DNA of 64,000 nucleotides, taken from positions 180,916,001 through 180,980,000 of the forward strand of contig JBITNC010000001.1 of the NCBI GenBank assembly GCA_050084985.1. The letters are read 5' to 3'. Positions 36,340 to 50,100 of the stretch are shown piece by piece (position 1 is the first letter of the stretch; every line of letters begins with the position of its first letter). Origin of the DNA: Nageia nagi (Eukaryota; Plantae; Pinophyta). The notes below the pieces were generated by a model. The model ran no database searches. It worked only from the letters and a program-made list of their open reading frames with translations, and had not been told where the DNA came from. The translations under genes were made by a program, and so were the position numbers.

Positions 36340-39300
36340 TTTGTCAATGAAGAAATTGACTCCGCATCCCCGACTCCACAACCAGCCTTCTTCACGTGAT
36401 CCTGATTGCGCAGCCCTGATTTCACTTCTTGACTCTGCAGCCCGCAACCCTGCTTCCATCCCGCTAACTCAACTCCTGCCTTCAGCCTCGACTCTACAGC
36501 CTGCAACCATCTGGCACTCTTGGTGCTTACATTGCAGGGTCTACTTGTTCTGACTTATCCACGGTTCTGTTCTTTGGCGCCCGCAAACTTGGTGGACAAC
36601 ATGGGAGTGCCCATGGCCAACTCTCCTGTCCATACCTGCAGACACTCCCCAATCCGCTTTCCTGCCCTGAGATGCAGGCACTCCAGAATTGTTCTCAAGT
36701 ACTCCACTCTCAGCCACAGACTAAGCAAATTGGAAAAACAAAATTAGGATTTGTCTGCCCAGGTAGCATCCCTCCTCAAGCTTTCTTCTGATCAACAAAC
36801 AATGATTGATAAACATCATATGCAGTTAACAAAACAGGAAGACAAATCTCTTCATTTCACCTGCTCAACCCCGCCCATTGGAGCATTACAGTCTGAACTC
36901 TTTTCCATCCGGGGAGAACTTCTCACCAACAAAGAATCTCATGCTTCCTTATAGAACAAATCCAGGAACATCGTACATGGTTAGAGGTAGCTAATGGGAA
37001 AGGAGCCAAACCTTCTCCCCTTGTAGTCATAACAGGACAAGAAAAAATTGATGAAGAGAAGAGAAGACAAAATAAAGCATTTAATCTTTGTATCGGAGGC
37101 CTGCCCACAGGAGATAACCCATCAGAAACAACTCTTACATTCATAATTTCATACCACCATTAATTTGCCAAGTATACCTATTGAAAAAACTTGGGTTGCA
37201 CAAGATTCCTCATTTATTATTCGTCTCAACTCTGCTGATCAGACTCCATTCTTCGTGCAAAGAAAATCCAACTGTATCTCCCTCAGCGTATATATGTTGA
37301 TGAAGATCTCAAGAGAATGCAGTCACAAGAAATATTTGCAGCCTGGAAGGAAATTCAAGAAGCATAGATTAGAGACTCTCCTCCATCGGATTGGGTTAAA
37401 CCATGGCCTCCCACCCCCCTCCTCTTCAACATCTAAATGATGCCATCAAGATGCCCTCCGAGAGCTCTCGGTTGAAGTTTGGAACTGGAATGGTATGTTG
37501 TGGTCCTCTCCAGGTTCAGTCCCTGATGTCATCCAGGAGACTGATTTGATCTTTTTTACTGAGACATGAGATTTCAGTTAAGTGGCTTCCCCTTTGTCAT
37601 GTTACACTGGTTTTCTACCTACAGGCCTTCAGGCCATTTAGGAGGTAGTAGTCGAGGCTCGGGCAGTGTGGCCTTTTTGATCAGCAAGCAACTTCTCCCG
37701 AGTATTCATGTGGAGGGTATTGACACCCATGCTCAGTTTATCTGGATCTCTCTAGCATGGACCCCACCCTTCATGAGGTTATTTATGTGTCAAATGTTAC
37801 TTTCCACTTGCTGCCTTGAACTAAGCTATTGAGGAGTCCCCTTTATCTTGATCTCTTTCTCGAGATTACCATATATTCCACCCAGGGGGAGATTATGTTG
37901 TTGGGGGACTTCAATAGTAAGATCGAGAATTTACATACACATTACTTTGATAGCCTTGCTGATCCGTTGCATATGCAGGTGCTTGATCTCCCTCTAGCTT
38001 TCTAGAGATATTTTGTTGACTCTTTACTCCCTTCAGGTTATGGTAGATTCCTCCTTGAGCTCGGGGAGACATAGGATCTGCTGATTCTCTATGTTATTGC
38101 TTGGTTCCCATAATCCTCTCAAAACACCTATTTCCCACACGTTGGAGGCTCCAATGTTGTTGATTACATCATCTCTAGCCCCCCACTTGTCATGAACATT
38201 CATGCCTTTTATGTTGCCCCTCGCCTTTCGCTTGCAAACCACTCACACATCACTTTCTCCCTACAGGAACACCTTTAGCCACCCCCCATCATCATCTTAC
38301 CCACCCCTAGAGCTCCTCTTACGACCATCATCTTTGATCGAGAGCATGATCCCCTCTACAATCACATCTTAAAAGATAAACTCATTGGCTTGCACTCACT
38401 CCCCTCAGTGGAGGATCGTGCACTTTTCCCGACTAATTCCCTCTGCTTAGTGACCCTCCAGGCCTTCCCACACATTATTAGTCCCCCTCCATGCCCCTAT
38501 TGCCCCGATCATTGTTCGATGAATAGCTGGATTGATTTTGATTGTAAAGATTCTCATTGTCGCTTTTGACAAGCCATTGCGAATGAACATAGTTCCTTCT
38601 CCACTTCCGCTCTTTGCCGATCCCTTCGATGTCTCCTTAGGACTAAGAAACATCACTTCTTAGCCAAATAAAGACTAGAGGTCATTTCCACCCTTCATTC
38701 CAACCCCAAATAATTTTGGCGCTCCTTCCTACCCAAAAAGCACACCTTGAATTCCATTTCTCTTCATGCCTAAAGGAGTACGCCTCTTGTCTTTACACTA
38801 TCATTAGTCATACCCCCTCCATCTGCTCCCATCGCTCGCTAACCTTGGACGAGTTCTCTCCATCCCTCGTCCATTCCGCCATCCAAAGACTTTCTTCCGA
38901 AAAAGCATTTGACATCGAAAACCTACATTCCAAGTTCCTTAAGCACACCATACACACCCTTTTCCCCTTTCTCTCCAATCTATTCAATGAAGTCATCTTC
39001 TCAGGTTTCCGTTCTTCTTGATCTCCAATATCATCCATCCCATCTTCAAATCCAATGACCCAAATGATCCGGGCAACCACCACACTATCATGATTGGCCA
39101 CACCTTGGCCAAGTTATATGCCACTATCATGGAGGACTACATTTCTTGGATGGTGGATGCTAGAGGGTTCCGAGTAGCAAGTCAAGCAGGCTTTTGTAGA
39201 GACCACATGCACCATCGATCATATCTTCACTCTTAGGGCGTTTATTGAGGAGGCTAGATTTCGGAAGTCTTCGATCTTTTATTGCTTTGTCGATTTCAAG

Positions 39301-40900
39301 AAGGCCTTTTACATTGTACCCCGACACAAACTTATGGATCAATTGTGGATTTTGGGCATTTCAAAGACTAGATTAGTGGCCATTTTGACTTTTTATGAGA
39401 CCCTTTCAGGACATGTTCTCACCCAGACAGGCTCTCAGATAGCATTCTTGGTACGATTGGAGTGAAGCAAGGTTGCCCTCTCTCCAACTTTATTTGGCCT
39501 TTACATTGACGAGCTAGAGTTTGTTATCCTTGAGACCACCGATCTTGAGTTCGGTTGCCTTCTTCATGGTAGCTAGGTGCTCATCCTACGCTTTGCGGAT
39601 GATATTGTGTTGCTTTCCCACACTATTGAGGGCCTCCAGGATCTAATAGATGCTTTAGATGTTTTCTGTGCTAGACAGGAGCTTACGATAAACCTTAGCA
39701 AGACTAAGGTGGTGGCTTTCAATGTTTCAAAGGCCATTGTCAACTAGACCTAGCTCACTTTTCGTGATAATCCTATTGAGACTACCTCCTCCTACACATA
39801 CCTAGGGGTTCTCTTCTTTGGACCTAGGTTCTCTATGCGGACAACAACACCACTTAGGGTTCGTCAAGGTTATGCAAATGCATTCATCCTAGAGAGACAG
39901 TGCATCTAGTTGCCCTTTCAGGATGTTTCGTACAAGTTAGAGTTGTTGCAGTCCCTGGTCACACCCGCAACTTTGTATGGGGTTGAGATTTGGGGCTCCA
40001 GCTTGGGAGCAATGGATTGGATCTCTATAGAGAGGATCTTGGTCACTTTCCTATCTCGTTTCATTCAGAGTAAGAGGATAGTTCCACACCTTATCATACT
40101 TGTGGATTTCTCCCACTCGGCCATCGTCACCAAGTTGGACCACTATGCTTGACATTGCCTTTGGTTAGACAAGACAAGGGACTTATCCTCTCGCTTGGAT
40201 ACATCAACTTACAACTACCTTTGGGGTTGAGGATGTCCCTCAGACAATTTCACGTCTGCTTGCACCAGTTGAGAGTGGATACAGATCATCACATGGTCAA
40301 AGATCTACGAGTTTGCCGCCTTTGCTTCCTTGAGATTGAGTTCGAGGATCGTTTTGTCTTCTAGTGCTCAACCTACTATGAGATCTGAGGTTGATATTGC
40401 CTCTTCCGAGACTCTCGCAACTTGTTAACTACATTCTTCCAGTATCCTTACTAGCATTGCTTGACTCTTTATTTTCAAGAAGCCTTCCTTCTTTGGAGGC
40501 GCCTTCTTTCCTGTGCTCAGCTACCTACCGAGGTTCGATGTATCACATCCTTCTTTCGTGCTTCTCCTTTTGAAGGGGCTCATAGGAGACACCGAGATGA
40601 GCTCCCACAACCACCACATTGGACTAGGAGATGTATGTAGAGTACCTAGGCCCCGTCGAGGATGCGACAGATTACATCCTTCTTCTCGATCCTCAATAGT
40701 AACACAAATGCACCCCACAACAATCAACATGACCCCTCCTCGAAGCAAAAAGTACCGCCATACTCTCCCCCTAGGGAGGCCTAGGACCTTTATACAATGT
40801 ATTTGATTATGTTAGCTTTTATGTTTTTAGGTTTTTCTATAGATCCCGATTAGTTTGGGCTTTGTTGACTTTATAAGTTGGATTGTACTTGATAGTGCCA
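36340..40900 (+). mobile_element. Near-full-length degenerate LINE (ORF1 + endonuclease-RT-CCHC ORF2)
   Basis: ORF1 coiled-coil remnant with RRQNKAFNLCIGGLP and YVDEDL. Endonuclease motifs VWNWNG, FFTET and LLGDFNS. RT motifs QAGF, CFVDFKKAF, GVKQGCPLS, FADD (~39592-39603) and YTYLGV. C-terminal CRLC..E.E..F..C. Ends approximate. Confidence 0.88.
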
Positions 40901-41103
40901 TTGATTGCTTTTGGTCACCATAGGGCATTAATATATTTTCTTGTATTTTGTTTCTTTCTAATTGTGTTGTCCGGATAGCAAATCAAGTTAGGTTTCATGG
41001 AGAGTCTTGGTTGGATTTAGAAAATTGTAGGGAAAATGTTAAAAAGCCTACCTTCCAGATACCCATTTTATAGACAACTCTTTATGTGATGTGGAGATAA
41101 TGG

Positions 41104-41105
<2 letters not shown>

Positions 41106-41185
<80 letters not shown>
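41106..41185. repeat. (CT)n(AT)n compound microsatellite
   Basis: Direct observation. Confidence 0.95.
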
Positions 41186-41188
<3 letters not shown>

Positions 41189-41770
41189 TGTAGTATGGTA
41201 TCAATGTGAATAATCTTATGTTATTTCTACCAAATTTTAAACATGAGTAGTGGAGTACGTTTCCACGATAGTAATTAGAGATGGATTCATGCCATCATTA
41301 ACTAACCATCTATCCTTGCCTCTCCTCTCCACTCCTAATTGCAATGTTGCCCTAGTCCTCTTTCTCCTCCTTTTGTTTGTATTAGAAAGAGAAGCATTTA
41401 ACTATACTTCCCTTCATAAGGTTAAAGGTACTCATCCAATGCGATATAACCAATGATCCAAAATGGAATTTTGGGTTGTCAAAAATAAAAGCTTTCAAAA
41501 GTTTAATATGATCTCTAAATGTCTAAGTTCTCCACAATTCCAATGCCTATTCTTGTTTGTGAATCCGACTCCTGGTGTGCAAGTTATTTGCCTTCAAAAG
41601 TTTTGGGAGGTCAATAAAATTAAAAAACAAATAAATATAAAAGGGTAAATATTTTATTTTACCACCGTTTTGTTTTGGTGGGACCCACTACTACACAAGT
41701 AATCCAATTAGGTCCAATTGACATTGGAAAATGCAACAAGTCAAAAGGGTACCAACACATCATGGTAAGG

Positions 41771-43837
41771 TGATGTTAGCACTTTGTCAGGTGCACGTAG
41801 GGAAGGGAACACATGGAGTGAAGGGTATGGTGGACGATGGATGCATCAACATGATGCAACCTTGCCTCTACCACTTGTTTGACTCAATTTGGAGCCTTTG
41901 ACCATCCAAACTTGCTACTTGTCATATTTTTATTGGATCCGCTCTTCTTATTTGGTGCATGGTATTTTAGTGGTTTATTTTGCTTGGCTTGAAGGTGCTA
42001 TTTGAAGCTTGTGTATATTTTATTCTTGCCCATATATTTTCTCGAGAGCTATTTTTGAAGGAAAAAAATAAGAGATTGGTGAAACCAAAACCTACGTAAA
42101 ATAATAAATCTGATCCAAGCTGAAATGCTAAATGAAGGCAATTCGTGTAAAGGAGATATTGGAGACAAAAATGGAGATAAAGGAGATCAAATCAAATCAA
42201 GTTTGATGTAACAAAACCCTCTAAAACAAGCCCCTTCAGATGTTATAAAAGGAGGCCATGGAGAGGAGTTTTGATTATTCCAGGAAGTAGTCTTTTACTA
42301 CATGTATTTCTTCATGCTTGGAGAGTACTTAGAATGCCAATGTAGAGATTGTATTGTAGTAATGTAATTTTGAGTGTAATAGGAGTGAAACTTAGATAAT
42401 CTTGGAGGGAATAGTGGTGCAAGATAGCTCAAGTCCTTATGCACATTATTATAAGAGAGATTGTGAATTTCTTTCCTTGAGTGTTGAGAGCATTAGAATG
42501 GCATTTCCATTGGAGTGTTGGAGGCCATAGGTTTGTTCTTCTCGACAACATTTTGAGAACCTGTTGGAGGAAGCCCATTTTAATTACTTTTTCATCACAT
42601 AGTCGAGATTTTTGGTGCTAGAGCTTTTCCCACATTGGGTTCTCCAAGGTAAATGGGTGTCTTCTTTTGTGGTGATATTTACCCCTCTATTTGTCTTGTA
42701 ATTTGACAACGTTTTTTTTAATATTAAATCTTGTTGCATACTTTCATTATTTCAAGCACTTAGATTTAAGTATGTCAAATCCGTATTTGGTGCGGCTAGA
42801 ACGACATAGTTGACTAGGCTTTATGGATCACATTGGTATTAGAGTAGTTTGTTCATTGAGCATTATTTTAATTTGTTAAAGCAAGTTAAGTTGATTTTTG
42901 AGCTACTTATTATTTGACAAGTTGTGCTATTTTGTGTCTACCATGTGTTTTTGAGAAGTTGTGCTATTTCCATTTTGATAAGTGAGCTTCAAGGAAGGGT
43001 GTCACAATTGGAGCAGATTTTGAAGAGCATGACAAAAGAGATGGAAGATTTGAAAAGTCAATTGAGACTTGAGTTCCATTTACAAGTTGGTGAAAATGAG
43101 CCTACTTCCAATTCCATTGCTTCGACTTCCTCACATATTGATGAGAAGAAAGAGCAACATGATGTAAAGATAAGTGTTGTTAAAGTGAAGCCACATGAGG
43201 ATAAATTGAAGGAAAAGGATCCTTCCATCATGAAGAAGGAAAGGAAGAAGAAGCGAGTTTGCTTTCATTATGTAAGTGAAGGCCATGTACAACATCTATG
43301 TTGGATCTGGCATCAATGTTGGAGCTTACATCCTGAATTGTAACCTAAGAGATTTTTAAAGGTGTATAGAAAGAAAGAATGTATTGCCATTCGGAGAGTT
43401 GGTGATGGTAAAGAGAAGAAAGTCCTTCATCACATTGGTGTGAAGAGCTATTCCATGTGAAAGTACAATAAAATGGTGAAGTTCAATGCTCTTTTTGACA
43501 TTAGATCTCAGTCAAATCTTATTTCAAAGGATCTAGTTGTTGATCTTGGATCGAAGATGCATGCTCATCCTCATCCATATTATTGGGTGAGTGGAGATGC
43601 AGAGGTGCACACCACAAGACAATGTAGATTGCATTTTGCAATCAATTTAGATTTCAAAGATGAAGTATTGGTAGACATGGTTCCATTTGGATTATGTGGA
43701 ATCGTTTTGGGTAGTCCTTATCTTTATGACAGAAATACAATATACTATCGGATGAAGAATAAATACTTTCTCATCAAGCATGGGAAAAAGTTTGTGATAC
43801 ATTCTCATTATAGTAAGTGTAACACTTATCTTTTGGC
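41771..43837 (+). mobile_element. Truncated Ty3/gypsy element: 5' LTR, PBS, gag/protease remnant
   Basis: TATA TATAAAAGG near 42244. LTR end ..ATCACA at 42832, then PBS-like TGGTATTAGAG. Zinc-knuckle remnant CFHY..EGH....CW and protease NALFDIRSQSNLIS...VLGSPYLYDR. Left boundary uncertain. Confidence 0.65.
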
Positions 43838-44139
43838 AACCAAACTTGCAAGTATAATGTGGTGGGGGGTGGTCCTCTTGCAAAGAATCGAGCAGGATAA
43901 TGTGTTGACTGAGATTCTCTCCATCTTAGCCCAATCTGTTGCTCTCAAACTAGGCCCCATATTTCCACACCATACATTATTGTGGGAGTGATTAGGGTAT
44001 GAAATAGTTGTAGCTTGGACGAAACGTTTTGGAGGTGGAGTTGGATGCATTATCTCTCTAGTGAAAAGACCTCTACGTATCCTCTTTGAACTCTAGGTGG
44101 GGCTGCTACTCTCATTGTGAATCTAGGCCCTAAGAAGAG

Positions 44140-47100
44140 TGTTGACAAGGCAGCAGCCCCACCTAGAGTTGAAGCTGAAGAGAGCGCTTTTTGAAGAATG
44201 GTGATGAGACATGATGATCGGATGAGCCTGAAGTGCAACTTTAAAATTCACCTTGAAGGAGATCAAGAAAACTGGAATACTTGCTTACAAGAGATGAAAT
44301 AATACTTTCTAAGTATTCATGGGGTCATAAAGCGGGAATACAAGTATTTGATGAAAATCCAGTCGTGTTTCCAAATTCGAGCAAAAATCAGCAAGTATGA
44401 ATGCTCGAACTGGTGGTCGCACAGTTTAAAGAAGATGCATTTTCAACGTCCAAACCAGATGCAACCATACATGCACGAGGATCCTCACCATGCTTCCCCA
44501 AGTTGGCCGCTCCATTGCAGACACATGGTACCTAAGTGGTCTATAAATACCAAGGCAAGCTAGGTAAATTGCAGATTTTTCACTTAGTTCTTAGCTCCCT
44601 AGTAGTGGTCGCATGGTGTGAAAAAGTTGGAATTGTAACATCTTAGAATGGTGCGACCACCTTTCCTTTAGCTCTTGGGACCTTAAAACTCGGCTTAGTA
44701 CTCCTCAATGTGTCCCTTGGTGGTGGTCGCATGGTTTGACAAAGTTACATTCCTATCTTTTTAAAATGGTGTGACCATCCTCTCTTATGGTGAACGTATG
44801 GCAGATGACCAAGGCTTGATTCCTATTGGGCCTCCATTTTGGCCTCTTGGTAAGGGACACTTGGCTTGGTAAATTGGTATACAAGGAGGGAGAGACCTTC
44901 ATTTGTCACTTTGGTTGGCCCATTGTAGCACTCCAAGGCCGGTTGCATGCTTTTGTAAAGTCACCTTTCTATCTCTTTGAAAAGGTGCGATCACCTCCAT
45001 TTTTGCATTTTGAAATTTGGCTAATTGTTAGCCCAAGGCCCCTCCAAGGTTGGTCGCATGGTTCGTAGAAGTTAAAGGTCCATCATTTGGAAAGGTTGTG
45101 ACCACCCCTTGAGCACCTTTTTGAGCTAAAATTTAACTAAATTGTCCACTTTTTGGCATTTTTTGATTGGTCACATGAGTTTAGAAAGTCGAGTTTGCAT
45201 CTTTTGGGAGAAGTGCAACCACCTTTTAGCACCATTTTTGATTAAGTGTGGCACGTTGGCTCACGTCACCCTTGGTTGCACGGTTTGAAGAAGTCACTAT
45301 TGCATCTTTTTGGAAGGGTGGGACCATGTTGTTTTGCATGAATTCTGACACTTGTTGAAAGACCACCCTTTGCCCATTGAGCTATAAAAGGGGAGGAACT
45401 TAGGTAATTGTTGCAAGGCATTTACTCCTCCAAGGTTGGTCGCATGGTTTTTCAAAGTCACATTTGCTTCTTTTTTGAGGAGTGTGACCACCCTTTTGCA
45501 TGAGAATTGAATGGCACATGTTCATTAACCACCCTCTCATCTTATAGCATGGTGACACCTATCGTGTTTCAATTATAAAAGTCTTGCATTAGTCACATTT
45601 TGCATTGACCTCTTCAAATGAATACGGTCGCCTGACTCTAAGGAGATAAGATTTCATCTTTCAAAAGTGGTGCGCTCCTCAAGCTTGGAAGCTTTAGCCA
45701 AAGTTAGCCAAGTTGAGTGTTTTATTTCATGGTCGCATAGCTTCCAGAGGTTACTTATGTATCTTTGTTTTGAGGTGCACCCCACATTAGAATTAAAGGA
45801 GTCAAGTAACCCCTCGAGGGGACCCACACTTAAATGCATAGTAGATTCTAGTTTCTTCTCATTAAGTCATCCATTATTTTCGTTTACATGTCGTCCCTCC
45901 ATTTTGTTCTAGCCATGTCCCATAAAGTCAACCTTCCCCACCATCTTGCTTGGTCGTGCCATCCATCCAAGTTGCAAAATTAACATCTAAATTAAGTGCG
46001 CCCAAAGACCTTTGAGCATTCATGCAAGTTTCCATGTTGAGTTGGGTCCCACGAGATGGCTAAGGGGATGTATGCATGCGCATTGCATTGATTGTTTAAG
46101 GCACAGATTCTAGACATTGCGTGCATGGAGGCTAACCACCTTTGGTCGTAAACATTGAATTCCGAGCTTGTCTACATTAGTGCGTCACCTTCATCAAAAC
46201 ATACAGGCTTGCCATGCATTGTACATCTCATTGTCTCACCTGCATCACCCCCCATTATGTCTGTTAGTCAATCTAGTCTCTGCTAACTTGGTTTGTTTTT
46301 GCAGGTTTAAGATGTCAAAGATCAATTCTAAATTGAGGAGAACCAGAGAACTCTAGCTGGCTAGATTGCTTGAGCCAAGTAAAATAGAGTTTGCCAATGA
46401 AAATCTCGAAGATCCATTCAAAGACGCCAAGTTGAAAAAAAATCTCTCAAACATTCGAGACACCTATTGGTCTCACATAGATCCGAGCCGGACACTACAA
46501 TCTATTAGCAAATTGGAGAAGAACCAAGTGCTTCATGAAATCATCGTCACCTCCGGGTTGGCTACAACCACCTTATTCCCATTTGGCACAACTTTTCTTG
46601 AACTATGTTGTGAAGTAGGCATGCATGCCAACTTTAAAGAATGCACCCTTTATGACACCAATTGCAACAAAATCCTTGATTTCTCTTGGGAGGGCATCGA
46701 GGAGGATTTCAAATGGAGTGGCGAAGGGTTCATCTACACTGAAAGAGATTCCTTGGATTACTACTGAAAATCCCAATGAGTTGGGGATCTCATCCGAGAC
46801 TACCTTGAAAATGAGAGCAAGGAGTTCATAGGGAACAAGTTGATAAATACAAAGAGGCAACATTTCTATGCCATTGTCTCGAAAATCATCAGTATGTTGT
46901 CTCAGGTCACTGGTGAGGAGGATGACCTCAAGTTCAGAAAGGAATTCATTGGTTTCATTGTAATAATTAGGAATAGACCAAAGATAAAGTGGAGTAAGGT
47001 GATAAGTGACTCCCTCCTCCAACAGTTGGCTCATTTTGGCACTTCCAAGAGATTTTACTTGAATTCCTATGTAGTTTATCCCCTCCTCCATGGCAAAATA

Positions 47101-50100
47101 GAAGATTGGCACATGCAGACATGGATAGTTTAAACAATCCTATGGAGAGCCTATCCCAAATGGTGGTTGGAATCTAGATGGGAGAACTATGTCATGAGAA
47201 ATGATGGATGGGAGTATCAAATATACAAGGAGATCAAAAGCAAGCAAATGGTGAAAAGGATATCTGACTCTGTTGTGGAAGCCATTAGAGGGCATGTAGG
47301 TTTCTTCTCGGAAGATCCTACACATACATACATTCGAGTCTAAGGCTCTGATGTCAGGTCTTATCTTTTGCCCTGCTATGCCAATAACCGTTTGATTCTC
47401 ATGGAGTTCTACAGGCAATTGCTATTTCTATATGAGAATGTATGGAAAAAAGAAAGATGCCACCATGAATCTCCCTATTTCCATTGGGGAGTATACTTGT
47501 TCTACTTGGCAGGAAGCCAAAGAAATGAAAACTGAATTGTCTTATTATCACTTTAGTGAGAAGCAGGCAACCTCCACTATGACCCTGAATGAAGAATTCA
47601 GGCCTTCTACAGGAGAGCTTTCAGGAACCCAATGATTTATGACTTATGAGCACCGATCTCTAGGTGGCAAGAGAGGTAGCAGAACATAAGAGAAACAAAT
47701 TCAGGAGGTGCATCAGGTATTGGTAGTTGAGGGCCGAATTGATTGAAGAATCCAGAGTTTTAATAAGCCTCAAATGACCCCAGCTGAAAAATCTACCTCC
47801 TCAATAAGAGTAAGAAGACAACAAAGACGAATAGGCGAACATGATATCTTGGGCAGTTCTGGACCAGAAATCCATTCCATCGTTAAGGGGATTACTAGGG
47901 ATGTCCATTTCATGGCAAAAACGGGGTATCTTGATTTCCCATTTCAGCAACTTAAGGATGCTACCCCAAAAGACGTCCCCATGGTGCCTATAGTGCCAAT
48001 CAGAGTGGAGAATTCCTTGGCTATACTGAAACTCCTGATGCCTGTAGAAGACCAAGTGGAAATTGAGTTCCCTGAACCAATTGAGATAGAAACCTAGATG
48101 GAAAATCAAAGTATCCCCATTGCAAACCAACTTGGAGAGCCTAATTGACCTCACCATTCAAGTTCTTCATATTCTAAGACATCCTCTAAATCTTCCAGCT
48201 CATTCGAGTCCAGTTCAGGTGAAGAAGGAGAAAAGATGGAAAGGGAGCATAAGCATGATAAAGACTCGCAGCTTGATACAAAAGACACTCAAATTTTGGA
48301 CGTTGATGGGGAGTCTGAGGTTGACATGGCCAATGAGACTTTATCGGCAGGATTAGTGTTTGTGAAACAGGCTGCTTCTTTTGAGTCCACCACTCCAAGA
48401 GGGAAGAGGAGATCTTCACCCAAGAAAGAAGTCCTTAAGGTGACCCCCAACAAGCCTTTGAACCTGAGAAAGACTCCTATAGTTGGAGGTGATGGAGGGG
48501 ATGAGGAAGATAGAGGCGAGAATGAAGAGTAGGGAAAGAAGAGAAAGCAATTGGAACATGGCAGCCACACACCATTGAAAATCATGGAAAAGTCAGTTGA
48601 AATTAAAAACCAACAGCTACGAATCGAGGAGATTCCCAGGGAGCTTGCTCCCACGAACACCGACATCACTTTGGCCAATATTGCGTCAAGTTCCGGTCCC
48701 CAAAAACAGTACAATTTTGACATTGATGCAGTCAGCAAGGACTTGCAAATGAGCTATTGCAGTGATGACGAAGAATCCGGCCAAAAGATGGAAAATGCTT
48801 CCGATGACTCCTTGATTGAAGAGCTCGATAGCTTCGTCTCCATGAAGAAGGATATTGTGACCATCAATAGGTGCTATTTGAAAAAGAAACATCCACAAGA
48901 TTTACAAGATGTGCAGGTCCACACTGAGGAGTTTAAATTCAAGAAGATTGGGTGGGCAGGACAAAAGCACGCCATCAATTATAACATGGATGAGATGTTC
49001 AACCAGGGCATTAAGAGGGAACATAAGATTAAAGAATTGAAGAAAGAGCTGGCTAGAAAAAACAAATTGGTGAAAGAGATAGAAGATGCCAAGATGTCCA
49101 TCAAAGATATTAAGCTACAGGCCTCCTTGAACATAGGTGTGATGGGAACCAAAGAAACCTTAGTGAACAACATAATGAGGATAGTCAAAGAGCTCTCACT
49201 TTATATGATCGCTCTTGTGGAGGATCAAAGGGCAGAGGTGAACATGATCGCGACCGTTTCTCAATTGCTATAGACTTTTCAGAATCATGAGCAAACTATT
49301 CAAAAGTTGAAGAGAATGTGTGTAGGGCAATTGGATAAGATGCAATATTGCCAAGAGTTCACCTACCATTTACGTTGGCTAAGATTTGCAGTAGGAGAAT
49401 GTGCCAACTTGATTAAGGAGAGGATCGATTTGTTGTTCACCCTGACCTTCTAGATGAGTCAGTTTGTCTAACAGATTTTGTTCATTAATGATGATGGTAG
49501 TACGAGGAGAGTTGAAGTCGTGGCCTCAGGAAGTTCATAACATCGTTCGGGAACATATCTTCACCAAGGACGTGAATCTGCTAAAGGCGGAAACGCACAT
49601 CGAGAATCAACAACAGTTGGTTGTTTGGAAGTTCCAAATGGAATGCACCTCACTACATTATGGATTTCCACAACAGGAAAGATGGGGACTTATTAGGAGC
49701 ACTCACCGTAGGACTTGCCAAGGCTAAGGCCTTCTTCGAGAATAGGTATCATGGGATTCTTGATGAGGTCTTTGCTGTCGCTTGCGGTGAAGCTGCCGGT
49801 CCCATAGAGGGATAGTGTAAAATGCATATTTTTATTTTATTTTTGATTGGTTATTTTAAGATAATTATTATTCTAACTTCCGCTGTGATGGATGAGTTTT
49901 TGCTCCCACAACCACAAGAGAACTTGATGATATGATGTGATGTATGAGCGGTATTGTGTAGCCCCAGTTTTGTTTTTGAAAGCAGTATTAGGGTTGATTT
50001 GTTGTTTTAGGGCAACATTGCAATTAAAATTAGGGCCACACTTCATTTAATGAGGTTGTCAGACTTTATGCTATAATTACCCTAGTTGGGCCATTTTTTG

